The position numbers and the translations under genes are program-made. A stretch of 64,000 nucleotides of DNA from assembly GCA_002269645.1 (NCBI GenBank), contig NIVC01002544.1, positions 99,045-163,044 of the forward strand. The letters run 5' to 3'. This document shows positions 15,646 through 28,199 of this stretch, piece by piece. Under the pieces are notes generated by a model, which worked only from the letters and a program-made list of their open reading frames with translations, ran no database searches and had not been told where the DNA came from. Position 1 is the first letter of the stretch. Every line of letters begins with the position of its first letter. This stretch comes from Macrostomum lignano (lineage: Eukaryota).

Positions 15646-15949
15646 GTTTGCACACTTGAAACTTCCGTACCAGATCGACGTTTGAGCAAGGGTGCTGATA
15701 TTATAACTCATTTGAGGCGCCTGTGGTATTGGTGTAGCTAAAAATACATTCCCAAAACCCAAAATAGAGCATTTTCATTTAAAATAAGAATGGCCAGGAC
15801 TTGGCACGCTGACCAACGCGGAGAGCGTTGCCGAACTGTTTACGAGTTGCAGTGGACGCTTCCGCAAACAGACTGAAATTCCAGCCCGCACGGCAACTGA
15901 GGTCTGCGCTGGTCACTGCCGAAAATTTGATTCGGCAAATCTCAACGCC

Positions 15950-18900
15950 ATGGCAGCATTTGAACTCATGGTGGTTGTATTGTTTCTGGCACTGCACCGA
16001 ACAGGAGCGACCGAAGACTGTGAGTTCGATGACGTGTTTTCAAAAATTTCAAAATATTTTTTTCCGCAGAAGGGGGAGGGCGCAGGAGGGCATGTCCACC
16101 CAGTAAAAGCTATGGGGGGCATGCTAATGCTTTGCCCCTCCCGCGACACTTGGTGACCCGTCATGGAAATCAAAAATTTTGTTTTAGGGTGTTAAAATAT
16201 AGCGCCTGCAGCGCCAAAATGAGGCTCTCGGCGCCAAAATGAGACCCTCGGCGCCAAAATGAGACCCTCGGCGCCAAAATGGGTGCCTGTCTGCGGCGCC
16301 AAAATGAGTGCCTACGGCGGAAAACAGGGTGCCTGCGGCGCCAAAATGAGTGCCTGCGGTGCCAAAATGAGTGCCTGCGGTGCCAAAATGAGTGCCCGCG
16401 GCGCCAAAATGAGTGCCCGCGGCGCCAAAATGAGTGTCCGCGGCGCCAAAATGAGTGCCCGCGGCGCCAAAATGAGTGCTCGCGGCGCCAAAATGAGTGC
16501 CTGCGGCGCCAAAATGAATGCTAACAGCACGTATTTCCATAATAATGTTGGAATGTATTCTTATGTTTTAGAAATTTAGTCATGGGAGCTATTGACTTAC
16601 CATAAAAACCATGGCGACGCCCCTGTGCAGGTGAGCTCCCGATTCGCAGGAGCCGCGTGCTGAGCACCTGGCAGTCGTCGTTTGGCGACGGTCCGACCTG
16701 CTTCTACAACAGAAATCAAACTGATGAAGATGCAGCAATGCAGGAAACAAAAGCTACCTGCAAATTCTTTCACAGCGCTGACAAGAGCTCAGCAGACGGC
16801 GGGTTTCACTGGTTCGCTGTGCAGCTGAATGAGACAGTGCTCATCAGATCTGTGACTGTGAAGGCTCGGCAAGGTAAAATGATAGGATTGATAATTTCGT
16901 ATTTGTGAAGTGAAGATTTAGTATTTACTGTTTGTCGCATCGAATCTTCAGTCACAATTTCGCACCTGTCTGACCACCTGCGGGCGAGCAGCATTGAAAT
17001 ATTCACATCCGGAAACAGCAGCGAGATGTTCTCCGGTGTTGACCACTGCATTTCAAACAGCATGAGCAGGCAGTTCAACGACTCGCGTGAGCAGTGGAAA
17101 TTGTGCGGCAATACAAAAAGCAAGCAGAAAGGGAACATCGCTGCTGGGGAAAATATCACTGTGAGCTGTGTGGCAGAGGTGAGTGCTGAGTCAAACTCTC
17201 GTGAGTCATTTTAATTTTTCTGCAATGCAAAATGAAGCTTATGCATCAGTTTTAACCAAAAAATTTCAGGTTCGACATCTGCTGCTGCGGAGACCCCAGT
17301 CGGCTGAGGGGCAGAACTACATGAACTTCGCCGACTTGAGACTTCAGACTGTGTCGCTGAGTAGGTTGATGGATGAAGATGAATGGAGATGAAGATGGAT
17401 GAATTTTTGATTTTGACTTTGACTTTCCAATCGTCAGGCATGTACACTCTCTGTTCCTTGGGGGGGTGGTACTCATGGGTTGCGAATCTGAAGTCAGAAG
17501 CCTCAAATGAAAGTGGCAGCGCACGGAATCGAACCAGGGGTCGCGGCGCGAGAGGCAGATGCCTTTACCGCTGAGCTCCTGGGGCTCTCTACGAGCGCAT
17601 GCTATTTAACACCCAGAACTAATTGTCCTTGATCCACAACAAGCCTGAAGATACACCTCGGAGTTGATTATCAGCTTTATATTTCTTTTATACACCCAGT
17701 GGGCAGCTAATTATGATTTGCAATTAGGCCATATTTTATATTGAAAAGTCACCAAAATGCTGACTGTATTTTTCAGAATTAGAGAGTCCTCAAGTGGTTG
17801 CTGTGGGCTCCAATTTCACGGTGAGCTGCTGGCTGCAGCAGTGCAACGGCTCAAAGCTGAGTACGAACTCAAGCGAGCTGCAGCTCTGCATTCCAAATGG
17901 AACCTGCGTCTCAAATTTGAAATATTTTATTGCCGATGTGCAGCCTGAGCACTCGGGCAGCTACTCCTGCAAGTTCGGCTCGGTTTCCAAGTCAACTGAA
18001 GTAGCTGTTCTGGGTAAGAGCGCTTTAACTCAGCACTCTGTGTGACTCATGGATGAAGGAATCTTACATGGATGATGGACTCCTTCATCCATGGTGTGAC
18101 CGCAATAAGAGCGCATTTCAATTGACCTGCACCTGCAGCATAGGCTCGATAAATAAATCGTCTTCAATCGCAGTCCTATGTGAGAGACTGCTCTATGCTC
18201 ACATTCTTTCCAACATGCAATTTAAACCTGAGCTTGGATAAAGACGTATGAGCATGCCTGCATAAGCATGAGCAAAACCGACTCCAGAGCCATCTCAGTT
18301 TTCGATACGAGCTACTCCACTTTTAAGCTAGCGCCAGATACTCCACTTCTGAATTGCAGCCTCATCTCCAGACCAAGTGGTGGCGGACAGCGGCAACATT
18401 TCCATCAGCTGCTCCCTGAACTTGAACTTGTCGGATTCAAACATGAAGTCAAGCCGGCTGCAGCTGTGCACTCCAAGCGGGGACTGCCGACACACCCAGC
18501 AGATCCACATTGCTGATGTGAAACCTCGGCATTCTGGAATTTATGCTTGCAAATTCGGCAATGCGTCGAAGTCACTTCAAGTCGCTGTTCTGAGTGAGTC
18601 ATTGATTAGTTGCCTTAAAATGCTTACACTAAAGATGGCGAGAATGCATTCCGATAGGACGGAGATTTTATTCCACCAAAGAATGTAGGGATTTCAATAG
18701 AATAGAAATAGGCTCAGCTTGACTACATTTATGAATCTTAACTTTATTAAATTTCCAGCTTCATCTCCAAGCCAGAATGTTTCCGAAAACGCAAGCTTCA
18801 CCGTGAGCTGCTCGCTGCACTGCGGAAATGCATCGCAATGCTCAGATCGCTTATTGGGTGGCGACCTCCGGCTGTGCCCTCCGAATGGGAGCTGCCTGAC

Positions 18901-21900
18901 AAATTCAAGTCTGCAAGTGGACAGAGCTCAGGCAATGCACTCCGGAGTTTATACTTGCAGATATGACGTCATTGAGATCGAGACAGAAGTCTTTGTTCTT
19001 TGTAAGTAGAAAGTAGGCTGCCTTCAGAATCTTGTTGCTCAGTGTTGCTCAGTGTTGCTCAATGCTGCTCAGTGTTGCTCAGCGTTGCTCAATGTTGCTC
19101 AATGTTGCTCAGTGTTGTTCAATGTTGCTCAGTGTTGCTCAGTGTTGCTTAATGTTGCTCAATGTTGCTCAGTGTTGCTCAGTGTTGCTCAGTGTTGCTC
19201 AGTGTTGCTCAGTGTTGCTCAGTGTTGCTCAGTGTTGCTTAATGTTGCTCAATGTTGCTCAGTGTTGCTCAGTGTTGCTCAGTGTTGCTCAGTGTTGCTC
19301 AATGTTGCTCAATGTTGCTCAGTGTAGCTCAATGTTGCTCAGTGTTGCTCAATGTTGCTCAGTGTTGCTCAGTGTTGCTCAATGTTGCTCAATGTTGCTC
19401 AGTGTTGCTCAGTGTTGCTTAATGTTGCTCGGTGTTGCTCAGTGTTGCTCAGTGTTGCTCAGTGTTGCTCAGTGTTGCTCAGTGTTGCTCAGTGTTGCTC
19501 AGTGTTGCTCAATGCTGCTCAGTGTTGCTCAGTGTTGCTCAGTGTTGCTCAGTGTTGCTCAGTGTTGCTCAATGCTGCTCAGTGTTTCTCAATGTTGCTC
19601 AATGCTGCTCAGTGTTGCTCAGTGTTGCTCAATGTTGCTCAGTGTTGCTCAGTGTTGCTCAGTGTTGCTCAATGTTGCTCAGTGTTGCTCAGTGTTGCTC
19701 AGTGTTGCTCAGTGTTGCTCAGTGTTGCTCAGTGTTGCTCAATGCTGCTCAGTGTTGCTCAGTGTTGCTCAGTGTTGCTCAATGTTGCTCAGTGTTGCTC
19801 AATTTCACAATCGATTAACTCACCTTCATCAGGCGAGTTCCCAGTTCGGCGAAGTCGCATTCTGAGTTCGTGGCAGTCATCATTCGACGATGGTCCGACG
19901 TGTTTCCACAGCAGGAATCAGGCAGACGAAGCCTCCATCATCAGCAACAGGCAAACCAGCTACAAGTTCTTCCACAGCGCCAACAGAAGCCAAGCAGACG
20001 GCGGGTTTCACTGGTTCGCCGTGCAGCTGAATGAGCCAGTGATCATCAGATCTGTGACTGTGAAGGGCAGAGAGGGTGAGTGAGGACAACTTATTTATAC
20101 GCTTCTTCTGTAAGGACTGATTCTCCTGTTCTGAAGATTCCACTGTACAGTAATACGTTTCAACGACATCATAAGTAACTCCTCATCTTATTTTCAGACG
20201 GTGTGACAAGTACTTACAATCGAGCAAAGGACATTGAAATATTTACCTCCAACTCTAGCAGCTCCCTGATCCATGGGGATAACTGCAACACCAAAAAAAT
20301 GAGCTTTCAGTTTAAAAATTCGATGCACCATTGGAGGCCATGCGGCGTGACTGATAAGCAGGGAGACGTCGCAGATGGGGAAATGTTTCACGTGAAATGC
20401 GTTGCTGAGGTAAAAATTTGGAAAAAAAAATTTGGAAATTCTACAGTGATTTGAGTACCATTGTCTTTCCAAGCAACCTATGAGCATTTAAACTGCAGGT
20501 CCGAAGTCTACTCCTGCGAAGAAACGTGTCTAAAGACACGGACGGGCACATGAGCTTTGCTGACCTGAGGCTTCAGACTGGGAAAATCAGTAAGATTTTT
20601 GAGCTGTCATGAGTTGTGTCCAAGTCCTGGTGTGTGTGCTAAGTTGAAGCGCTAGCAGTACATGCAAAATGACTGAAGTTCGTCTCAAAAGTGTCTCAAA
20701 TCATTGCATTTCAGAAGTCGAGAGCCCCAAGGCGGTGCTGCAGCACTCAGCATTCTCAGTGCGCTGCCTGTTGGACTGCAACGGTCGAACCGAATACTCA
20801 CCGAAGTTGGAGCTCTGCCTTCCAAACGGAAGCTGCGTTGGACAAGCTGAAGCCGTCATTCACAGGGCGCAGCTGTGGCACCATGGAAACTACACGTGCA
20901 AGTTGGGCAGCTCGCAGAGCTCAAAGTTCTTAACGGTGTTTTGTAAGTTTTCATCAATAGAAACATGACTTGGTGTTGCATCAGTACTGAATCATTCAAA
21001 AGATTCCATAAGTTGATTCTGGACTCTGGATGACAAATCGATTGCTTAGCATTTGATAATTAGCGTTGCACTGGGACTCCTCTCGTACACAGATTGGAAG
21101 AAAATTCTCGCAAGGAGTCGTGCCAGCTTAAGGCTGGCTGATGGCAGTAGAAGCCATCAATGGCAGCAGATCAGGCCGCATTTCAGGTGACTTCCCTATC
21201 CGGAGGAGCCGCATATCGAGTGCTTGGCAGTCGTCTGCATTCGAAGACACCTGTTTTAATAAAAGAACTGCTGAAGCGGAAGTGAACTTGGAACCATGGA
21301 AGTATTTTCACAGTAGTCGCAGTAGCTCAGCAGACGGCGGGTTTCACTGGTTCGCAGTGAAGCTGGATGAGCCAGTGCTCGTCAGATCGGTCACTGTGAA
21401 GAGCAGAAACAGTGAGTGACTTTTCACTTCTTCATGAGTATTAATCATACCTAAATCTGAGTCCGAATCGTTTTTGTCTGGAGTCTATTAGGTTAAAAAA
21501 CTTCTCAATAAGGTGTTGTCCTGTCCGGCGCAATGGAAAAGCGATGCCAGGTTTTTATTAGTTTTTAGGTCCGTTGCAAATTTATGTTGCTCGTACTAGT
21601 GAAGTAGCCTCTTCAAATTCAAGAAAGCAGAATCAAAGTTGGTCTGCAGAGTAAATTAAATGCTTTTTTACCCAGCATCACTTTTGCAAACACACCAAAT
21701 CCATGAGCAGTCGCGGTTTAATTCCAGACGCAGACTACACGAGGGCAAAGGGGATCGAGATCTTTACGTCAAACAGCAGCGATGAAATATTTTCCGGAAA
21801 CCACTGCGCCTCGAAGAGCATGAGTGCTCAGTTCAATTGCTCATTTCATCTCTGGAGTCTGTGTGGGCAGACAGAGAAGCAAGGAGCAATTCAACCTGGC

Positions 21901-24900
21901 GAAAATTTTACTGTGAGCTGCGTTGCCGAAGTGAGTGACAGCGTTGCGAAGAGATTTATCGATTGCGAGTATTATCAACTCGCAAGACTTACATGTAGAA
22001 TTGTCAGAGCTGTTCAGCACCCATCAAGACCATGAATAGTGGCGGGGTACGAGGTCAACGCGAACTACCAAGAAACTTTCCAGTGGTGGATGGAGACAAT
22101 GGAGTGGCCTAGAGAGTCTGGGGGAGATGGGGATAGCTACAAGAGTCAGTCAGAGTTAGACTACATCCACAGGTGCTTCGCTCGTTTGGCCCATCATGAA
22201 ATTGGAGTTTACAAGAATCTGCTCACAATGGGTGCTGATTCTCAGTTGAGTACCTCTACTCCAAAGTTCGCCTACTAAACGACTCATAGCAGCTGGGCAG
22301 GTGGGAAGGCAGAAGCCATTTCTTCCGACCAGTGAGATTGACCTGAGCACTCTACAAGCTTGAGCAGGAGGGTTGGTAGCTACTCCATCTCCCTCCCTGC
22401 AGAAGAAAGCGCAGTTGTCTGCATTGCCGACCGTAATGGGATTTGGCGGATCATTCTGACTCAATGAAATTCCATAATGGGACTCGGTAATGAGGTTCTG
22501 GAATTAAAAAATCGATGTGGTCTAGGATCTGCTCTAAAAAATAGCGACTTCCGGCCCATGGCTGACCATCACTGTTCCGACTTACCTTTTCAGGTCTGGC
22601 AGCTGCTTCTGAAAAGAAGTGCCTACATTGAGAACAATGAGTACATGAACTTCATGGACCTAACACTCCAAACTGTGCCGATTAGTAAGTTAACCATGAT
22701 TTCTATGCTTCACGATTCACTTATACATTAAAAAATGTTCTAAAACTTTTAGAAGTGCACAGTCCTCAGTTGGTGGCGCAGAACTCCAGCTTCACTGTGC
22801 GCTGCGCCATCAAATGCGATGAAGACGGAGCTGATGTGGCCTCCAACTCGTCTGAGCTGCGGCTCTGCTCTCCGAACGGAAGCTGCTCAGAAGGATCAAC
22901 AGTTCGAATCGACAGTGCTCAGCCCCTGCATTCTGGGAAATATACTTGCAAACTGGGCTCGTTCGAGAGGTCAGCAACAGTCGCAGTGCTGTGTGAGTTC
23001 ATCTAGTTCGACTGACATCAGTGGTACAGCGCGGTGCTCTGATGTGCCAGTGGCCCAGGCTCGATTCCAAGTGCAGTCACACTAATTTGAGGCTAAATTG
23101 GAATCTCGGCTTGGCTCTGCTCGTGCAATTAACGCAGTGAAGTGTACATGCCTAACGATAAATAAAGTTGGGGCCGCTGTACACTCCTGTGTGAGTGTGT
23201 GCCTATGCGTATGACTGCGTACGTATCTGCGCGCTTCTGTGCCTGCTCAGGGGAGTCGGCGGAATGGGCAGTGATGCCTCTCGCCGGTTGTGTGACAATG
23301 TCGCTTAAAGTGCGCCAGGGTGCACAGAGCCCCTGTCTCTAACAATAATAACTTAGTTTGGCTAAAAAGTAGTAATATCCTTGACTATCCGTTATTAAAT
23401 TCCAAATAGCCATTGTGCCAAGTGGTAAAGCGTCTGACTCTTGCATCAAAGTCCCTGGTTCGATTCCGTGGATATTTTTGGGGTTAGGATATTTTCAGCA
23501 GGACGAACGAAAAAGAGCAAAACTATAATTTCAAGTGCCGATGATGATTTCAGCATCCTCAGAACACCAGCTGGTGGCAGAGAACTCAAACTTTTCCGTG
23601 AGCTGCTCGCTGCACTGCAACGGCTCTGAGCAGTGCCCCGACTCCAGCAAGCTGCAGCTCTGCTTGCCAAACGGCACCTGCATTCGGGAAAGCCAGCTCA
23701 ATGTTGCCGGAGCGACTCCGCTGCACTCTGGAGTTTACAGGTGCAGAGCCGGGCCTGCCAATGCGTCAACTCTCGTGACTGTGCTGGGTGAGTCCCGTTT
23801 ACCCTGGCCTTGCCTCCTAGCTGATAATATGTCTTCATTTAGTTTTCCAACGTGTGTCTTTCAATTTTGCTGATGTCAGCCTCTCTCGAACTCCAGCATC
23901 TTCACCTCATCAAGTGGTGGCCGAAAACTCGAGCCTGATATTGAACTGCTCGCTGCATTGTGGGCTCGAAGCAGTCGAATGCGAAGACTCAGCTGCTCAT
24001 GGAAAAATGAAAATTTGCCGTCCCAACAACGGCAGTTGCAGCTCAGATCGATCGTTTCAAATTTCTGCAGCAACTCCGGCTCAAGCTGGAACCTACGCGT
24101 GCAAGATCGGCTCGGCTGAGGCACCGACCTCAGTAGCTGTGCTCTGTGAGTTTGCTGTCACTTCTCGTGACTTTTGGAATGTCATGCTCAATGGTTGTCA
24201 CGTACATTAGAGGCCGTTAGTTTTCCTAAGCATCACTTAGCGCTTGAGATTTTTTCATTCTAGTGGCACTCACTGGATAGTAGGAAATAAAGTTCTACGA
24301 GGGGATGTCTGGAAAAGTTCTGACACTTTTAATCCCAGAGCAGAAACGGAACCAGCTGAAATTTTTATGGCGGCACATTTTGGAGGCCACTCCATCGAAA
24401 GGTTATGCTTGAAAAAGCACCACAATGCCACTGATGGTCTTACAAGAACTGAAAGTCGCAACAAATATAAAGAGATGGTTTGTCTTTGAAAAACCAATTT
24501 TGGTTCTCATATTCTCATTATATTATCAATATGCGCTTGTTCGAACCGGTGCACATCCTCGTTAATTCAGCTGTGCATTTATAACAATCGATCGATCAAT
24601 ATTTCAATTCGGAATGCCGCAAAATTCTGTTCACTGCGGCCTATCTGGTTCAAATTTCCAGTCAGCTCAAAGTCGCTTCAAAGTCCGTCAGTCAAGCGGT
24701 GCCAGGACTCCGCAATAGCACCGACGTAGTAGCCCGAATATTCGATGTAGTCGTTCAGGCCGTCGAACGTAGGCGAGCAAGAGACGTAGCTCTCGGCCAC
24801 GGCGTCATCTGGTTGGCCAGTCAGCCACAGGCTGCCGTCGATGCTGGAGTTGCAGCTGGTCCAGAACCAGCTTCCGCTCGGCTCCTCGCTGCCGGGCAGC

Positions 24901-27900
24901 TGCCAGCCACCGAGCATCACGCTGGTGTCGGTTGTTAGGCGCCAAACTCCGGATATGTTGCAGCTCCTCCAGGTCGCTTACGTCAGCCATGATGACGAGT
25001 CCAGGCTCCGCATCGATGTCAGTCTTGGCTACGAGCCAGTCGTGAATTCCAGAGTACATCTTGTACTTTGTGCCGCACAGGTCGTCAGAGAATCCGGCAG
25101 GGCACAGAGCACCGGGCGGCAGTCCCGGCTGCTGCCTCACGAACACCGGCGCCCTGCGAGTGCAGCCGCAGTCTCTCACGCGCTTGCTGCACCTGTTGAA
25201 CACGAACAGCTGGCACGGACCGTCGGCCAGGCTGAACGCCTGACAGTCGAGCTTTGAGTCGCACAGGCTGGCGCAGTCAATCTTTGATGTGGCATCGCTG
25301 CGAGTCTGCACAAACTCTGGCCTGATGCACTGAAACTTGTCGAGCTCCTGGTATCGAGCTGCCGAGGCCGCAGTCAGCAGCGCAGCCGCTGCAACAAGGC
25401 CCAGAAGATGCGGCATCCCTGGTTAAGGCTATGCGAAGAAATTCGCCTGACTTCGAGGCTTAAGTAGGCAAAAATTTCCGCCAGTTGAGTTCTCCGTTCG
25501 ATACTTTCTTAGAAATGCTTTGATCCAGGCGGCACTTCCCTTTGAGTCAAGACAGAGAAGAGAGCTGCATCCATTAGCATTCGAATTGCTGGATTGTCCT
25601 CTCTTGGCCATCCATCCATTGTATTGAAAGCAATGCTTTTAGGCATGGTGAGGAACAGTCAGCGATTGGAGTGGCTTTTATGCTGTTACTCGCGTGAACT
25701 GCTCACTAAATCGGTAATTCAATATCGATTATTTTAAAAGCATCCTTATTATTGGTCTAATGGTTGATATGGTTCGATTGGTTTCAAAAGACATTTGAGG
25801 CTTTCTGAATCGACAAGTAGCCAAGAGCACATGATGCAGCTTTGAGCAATGCACCAGTCTTGACGATCGGCAATGGTCTCTCTTACTGGTTACCTAACAG
25901 TATCATTGGGCCATCCATACACTACATGACGTACGACTCGCAAAGTACTCGAAAAATCGAGCTTAGCGCAGTTGTTAGTAATGCTAATATTATTAATAGA
26001 TTACACCTACCCTAATGGGCAGATGAAGGCTGCGTACGGCTGTTCAGTCCAAGGATTGGGGGTGGGTGGCCACACACCCTCAATTCCTATCAAGACACTA
26101 GCTAATGCTGGTACCCATTTTACAGCTGGGTGAACTGAAGCAATGCAGCGTTGGGTGTCTTGTTCAAGGACACAGTTTGGTCTTATGAGACAAAAAATGT
26201 CAGAACTTGCCGGACATCACTCATATTTCAATAGAGGGCTCTTATCTGCTCAAAAAGGTAATTCTATGAGAAATTTTTTCAGAGAAATTACCTACGGGTT
26301 GGAAAGTCACAATACAAGCATTATTAGTCCAAGACTGATGATGACACAGGCACAGGTTCAACCCTAAAGCCTGGAAACCAGGTCATTTATTAAAACTTAA
26401 TGACTTCTTGGAAAAACTTGTCGAATGCCTAAACATTTCAGCGATTACTTCAAATAAATCCGTGGCTGTCAACTCAAGCTTCTCCGTTCGGTGCATTCGG
26501 CACTGCGACAGAACTTGTCCTGTGCTGAATTCGAGCAAACTGCAGCTCTGCTTGCCAAACGGCACCTGCTCAGCCAATGACGAACTGCATATCAGCAGTG
26601 CCCAGCCTCATGAGCACTCTGGAAACTACACTTGCCAAATGGATGCTGTTCGAACATCAGCCTCTGTTACCGTACTTTGTAAGTCGACTGTTATTGAGAA
26701 ATTTCGCCTTCAGATGGAACAGAGACACGTTGAAAAGTCCCTCTCTCTCTGAACACACTGTAGACCCGCCATCAAGCGTATCAGTCTCTGCCCCGAACTC
26801 AAGCAGCTGCGACAGTCCGTCCGACATCGTCGTGCACTTTACATCCTCCGCATCTCAGCCTGCACCCGAGCACAGTTGCAGTGCTGCTGCTGACATGGCT
26901 GCAATGGAAAACTTCACCCGCCTTTCAGAAACGAGTTTTACTAAAGTCAATAACGGTTCTTACGTCAGCCAGTGGAAACTCGACTTTGATAGCAATGAGA
27001 AGCTGTCTAAGCTAGAGAGCGTCTTCATCAACTGCACGGCTGAGGGGAGCCACTCGGACAGCGGGTTCGCCTACTCACTGAGTCGCAGTCTCAACTGGAG
27101 TTGCAGAAGTCTAAGAGGGGAGTTCAGCCATCCCCCAGGATTGAACAAAAGCTTCTTCTTAGCGATTCTGAGCATGGGAGCAGCGGCCTCTGTGATTGCA
27201 TTGGTTATAATTATTGTTGCGGCTTTGGTCAGTAGCTTGTCCGCCATACACGCTGCCCACTTGCATGCGCTTTAGCATATTGATTTATCAAATAGTCGTT
27301 TTGCACATTTCAGTGCAAATCCGGAACCACTGAGCCGTCAGCAATAACGCTGAGCCTCAAGTCGCTTCCCTCAGTGAGTCAGTTAGTCCCGGATCCACCG
27401 GAGACGGTTGAGGCTCCTCCGGTGAGTTGCTCGCTATCTGTGCAAATACTAAGTTTTTAGCCTTAATGGGCATATTGAATCCGAATGGCTGTGGGAGACG
27501 TCAGATCTATCGGTTTTGGCCATAGACAGAAGCTCGAAACCAATAAAAACCAAACCAATTTTTCTACAAAAAACTCAAAACAGACGCCCAAATAAAAGTA
27601 ACGTCATTAACTGAGGGGGTGCAGAAGATTACAATTTTAACAAATTAAACTACTTTTTTGCTTATCTAAATGCATACCCGTGTCGCATCGTGCCCATGAA
27701 GATCCGTGAGGATCGACCTTCAGGCAGATGGGACAGTGAGAACTTACTTTGTGATAGGAGTACAATCGCGAATTCTCCTCTGACTTAGCGACTTCGTTTT
27801 AGCGTTTAAAGTTTTTCAGTCAACTATAGCTTGACGAGATCCGTAACACGAATAAATTATGAGCTTCGACGTCAAAAGCCAGCATCAACATTTTTTTCAC

Positions 27901-28057
27901 ACTTCAGACGCGCCACTACTTTGACTACGAGGAGCCGGAGTGCAGCTACATGCTGGTGATGCCGGCCGCCCAGGCTGCCCAGGCCAGGCGGGTCCGGACT
28001 GAGTCTGACGACAGCGAGTGCACCGTCTATGAGGAAATCGTCGGGGACGGCGACTGA
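15950..28057 (+). CDS. G4: 21-exon receptor, SP-L-Ig3-L-Ig-L-Ig4-MP-TM-tail with ITSM (~1420 aa)
   Basis: Exons 15950-16019; L1 16631-16873, 16952-17178, 17270-17360; Ig 17777-18013, 18360-18593, 18759-19001; L2 19833-20075, 20198-20409, 20499-20589; Ig 20715-20942; L3 21187-21411, 21728-21930, 22594-22684; Ig 22753-22992, 23554-23787, 23897-24145, 26442-26678; MP+TM 26764-27227; tail 27314-27373 (or 27421), 27908-28057. Every exon length fits its phase with no stops; no second SP exon seen. Confidence 0.85.
16210..16515. repeat. 21-bp minisatellite in G4 intron 1
   Basis: Unit GGCGCCAAAATGAGTGCC(T/C)GC. Confidence 0.9.
17425..17580 (-). mobile_element. SINE family B copy with clear tRNA-like head
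   Basis: Minus strand: GGAGCTCAGCGGTAAAGGCATCTGCC...GGTTCGATTCC, then ...GAGTGTACATGCCTGACGATTGGAAAG. Confidence 0.7.
18135..18185 (+). pseudogene. Remnant 3' end of an Ig exon (matches G7 Ig1)
   Basis: CACCTGCAGCATAGGCTCGATAAATAAATCGTCTTCAATCGCAGTCCTAT/GTGAG versus 51338-51390; no 5' half present. Confidence 0.7.
19032..19800. repeat. 10-bp minisatellite (TGTTGCTCA[G/A])n
   Basis: Intron between Ig3 and L2 of G4; paralogous array at 53163-53910. Confidence 0.95.
23035..23345 (+). mobile_element. SINE family B copy
   Basis: GGCTCGATTCC B-box, central GTACATGCCTAACGAT...GCCGCTGTACAC, AACAATAATAA tail; aligns with 49545-49870 (minus). Confidence 0.7.
23408..23475 (+). other. tRNA-like sequence (pseudo-tRNA or isolated SINE head)
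   Basis: GCCAAGTGGTAAAGCG...GGTTCGATTCC boxes are present, but acceptor and anticodon stems do not pair well. Confidence 0.45.
24678..25416 (-). pseudogene. Intronless SP + PAN/apple + C-type lectin gene nested antisense in a G4 intron; one +1 frameshift
   Basis: SP MPHLLGLVAAAALLTAASA; PAN-like DCASLCDSKLDCQAFSLADGPCQL; the CTLD continues after removing 1 nt near 24930-24936: SVMLGGWQ...WFWT...WLTGQPDD...LND. Confidence 0.7.
26000..26175 (-). mobile_element. SINE family A partial copy
   Basis: Aligns with 7407-7575 (GCTAATGCTGGTACCCATTTTACAGCTGGGTGAACTGAAGCAAT...TTCAAGGACAC). Confidence 0.65.
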
Positions 28058-28199
28058 CGAGCGAAAATTGAAATAAACCTTGCGGACTCTGTTTAATCTG
28101 TTTACGAGCTAATCGCTCTTGATCTCGAGCTTCCCTTGCTCTTCTTTTTTTCCTTGGTGTTTGGTCCCTGAGTGTTTTTTCGTCTATGCATGACATTTA

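Noticed and set aside
21990-22480. ~500-bp insertion enlarging a G4 lectin intron
   Set aside because: No termini, TSD or protein motif that I can support.
19833-22684. Internal L modules as separate genes
   Set aside because: No signal-peptide exon, TM or stop between them; phases join in frame.
23408-23475. Functional tRNA gene
   Set aside because: Acceptor and anticodon stems do not pair; SINE-head-like.
26577-27275. 232-aa ORF as an independent gene
   Set aside because: It is the G4 MP+TM exon extended through intron sequence; no signal peptide.
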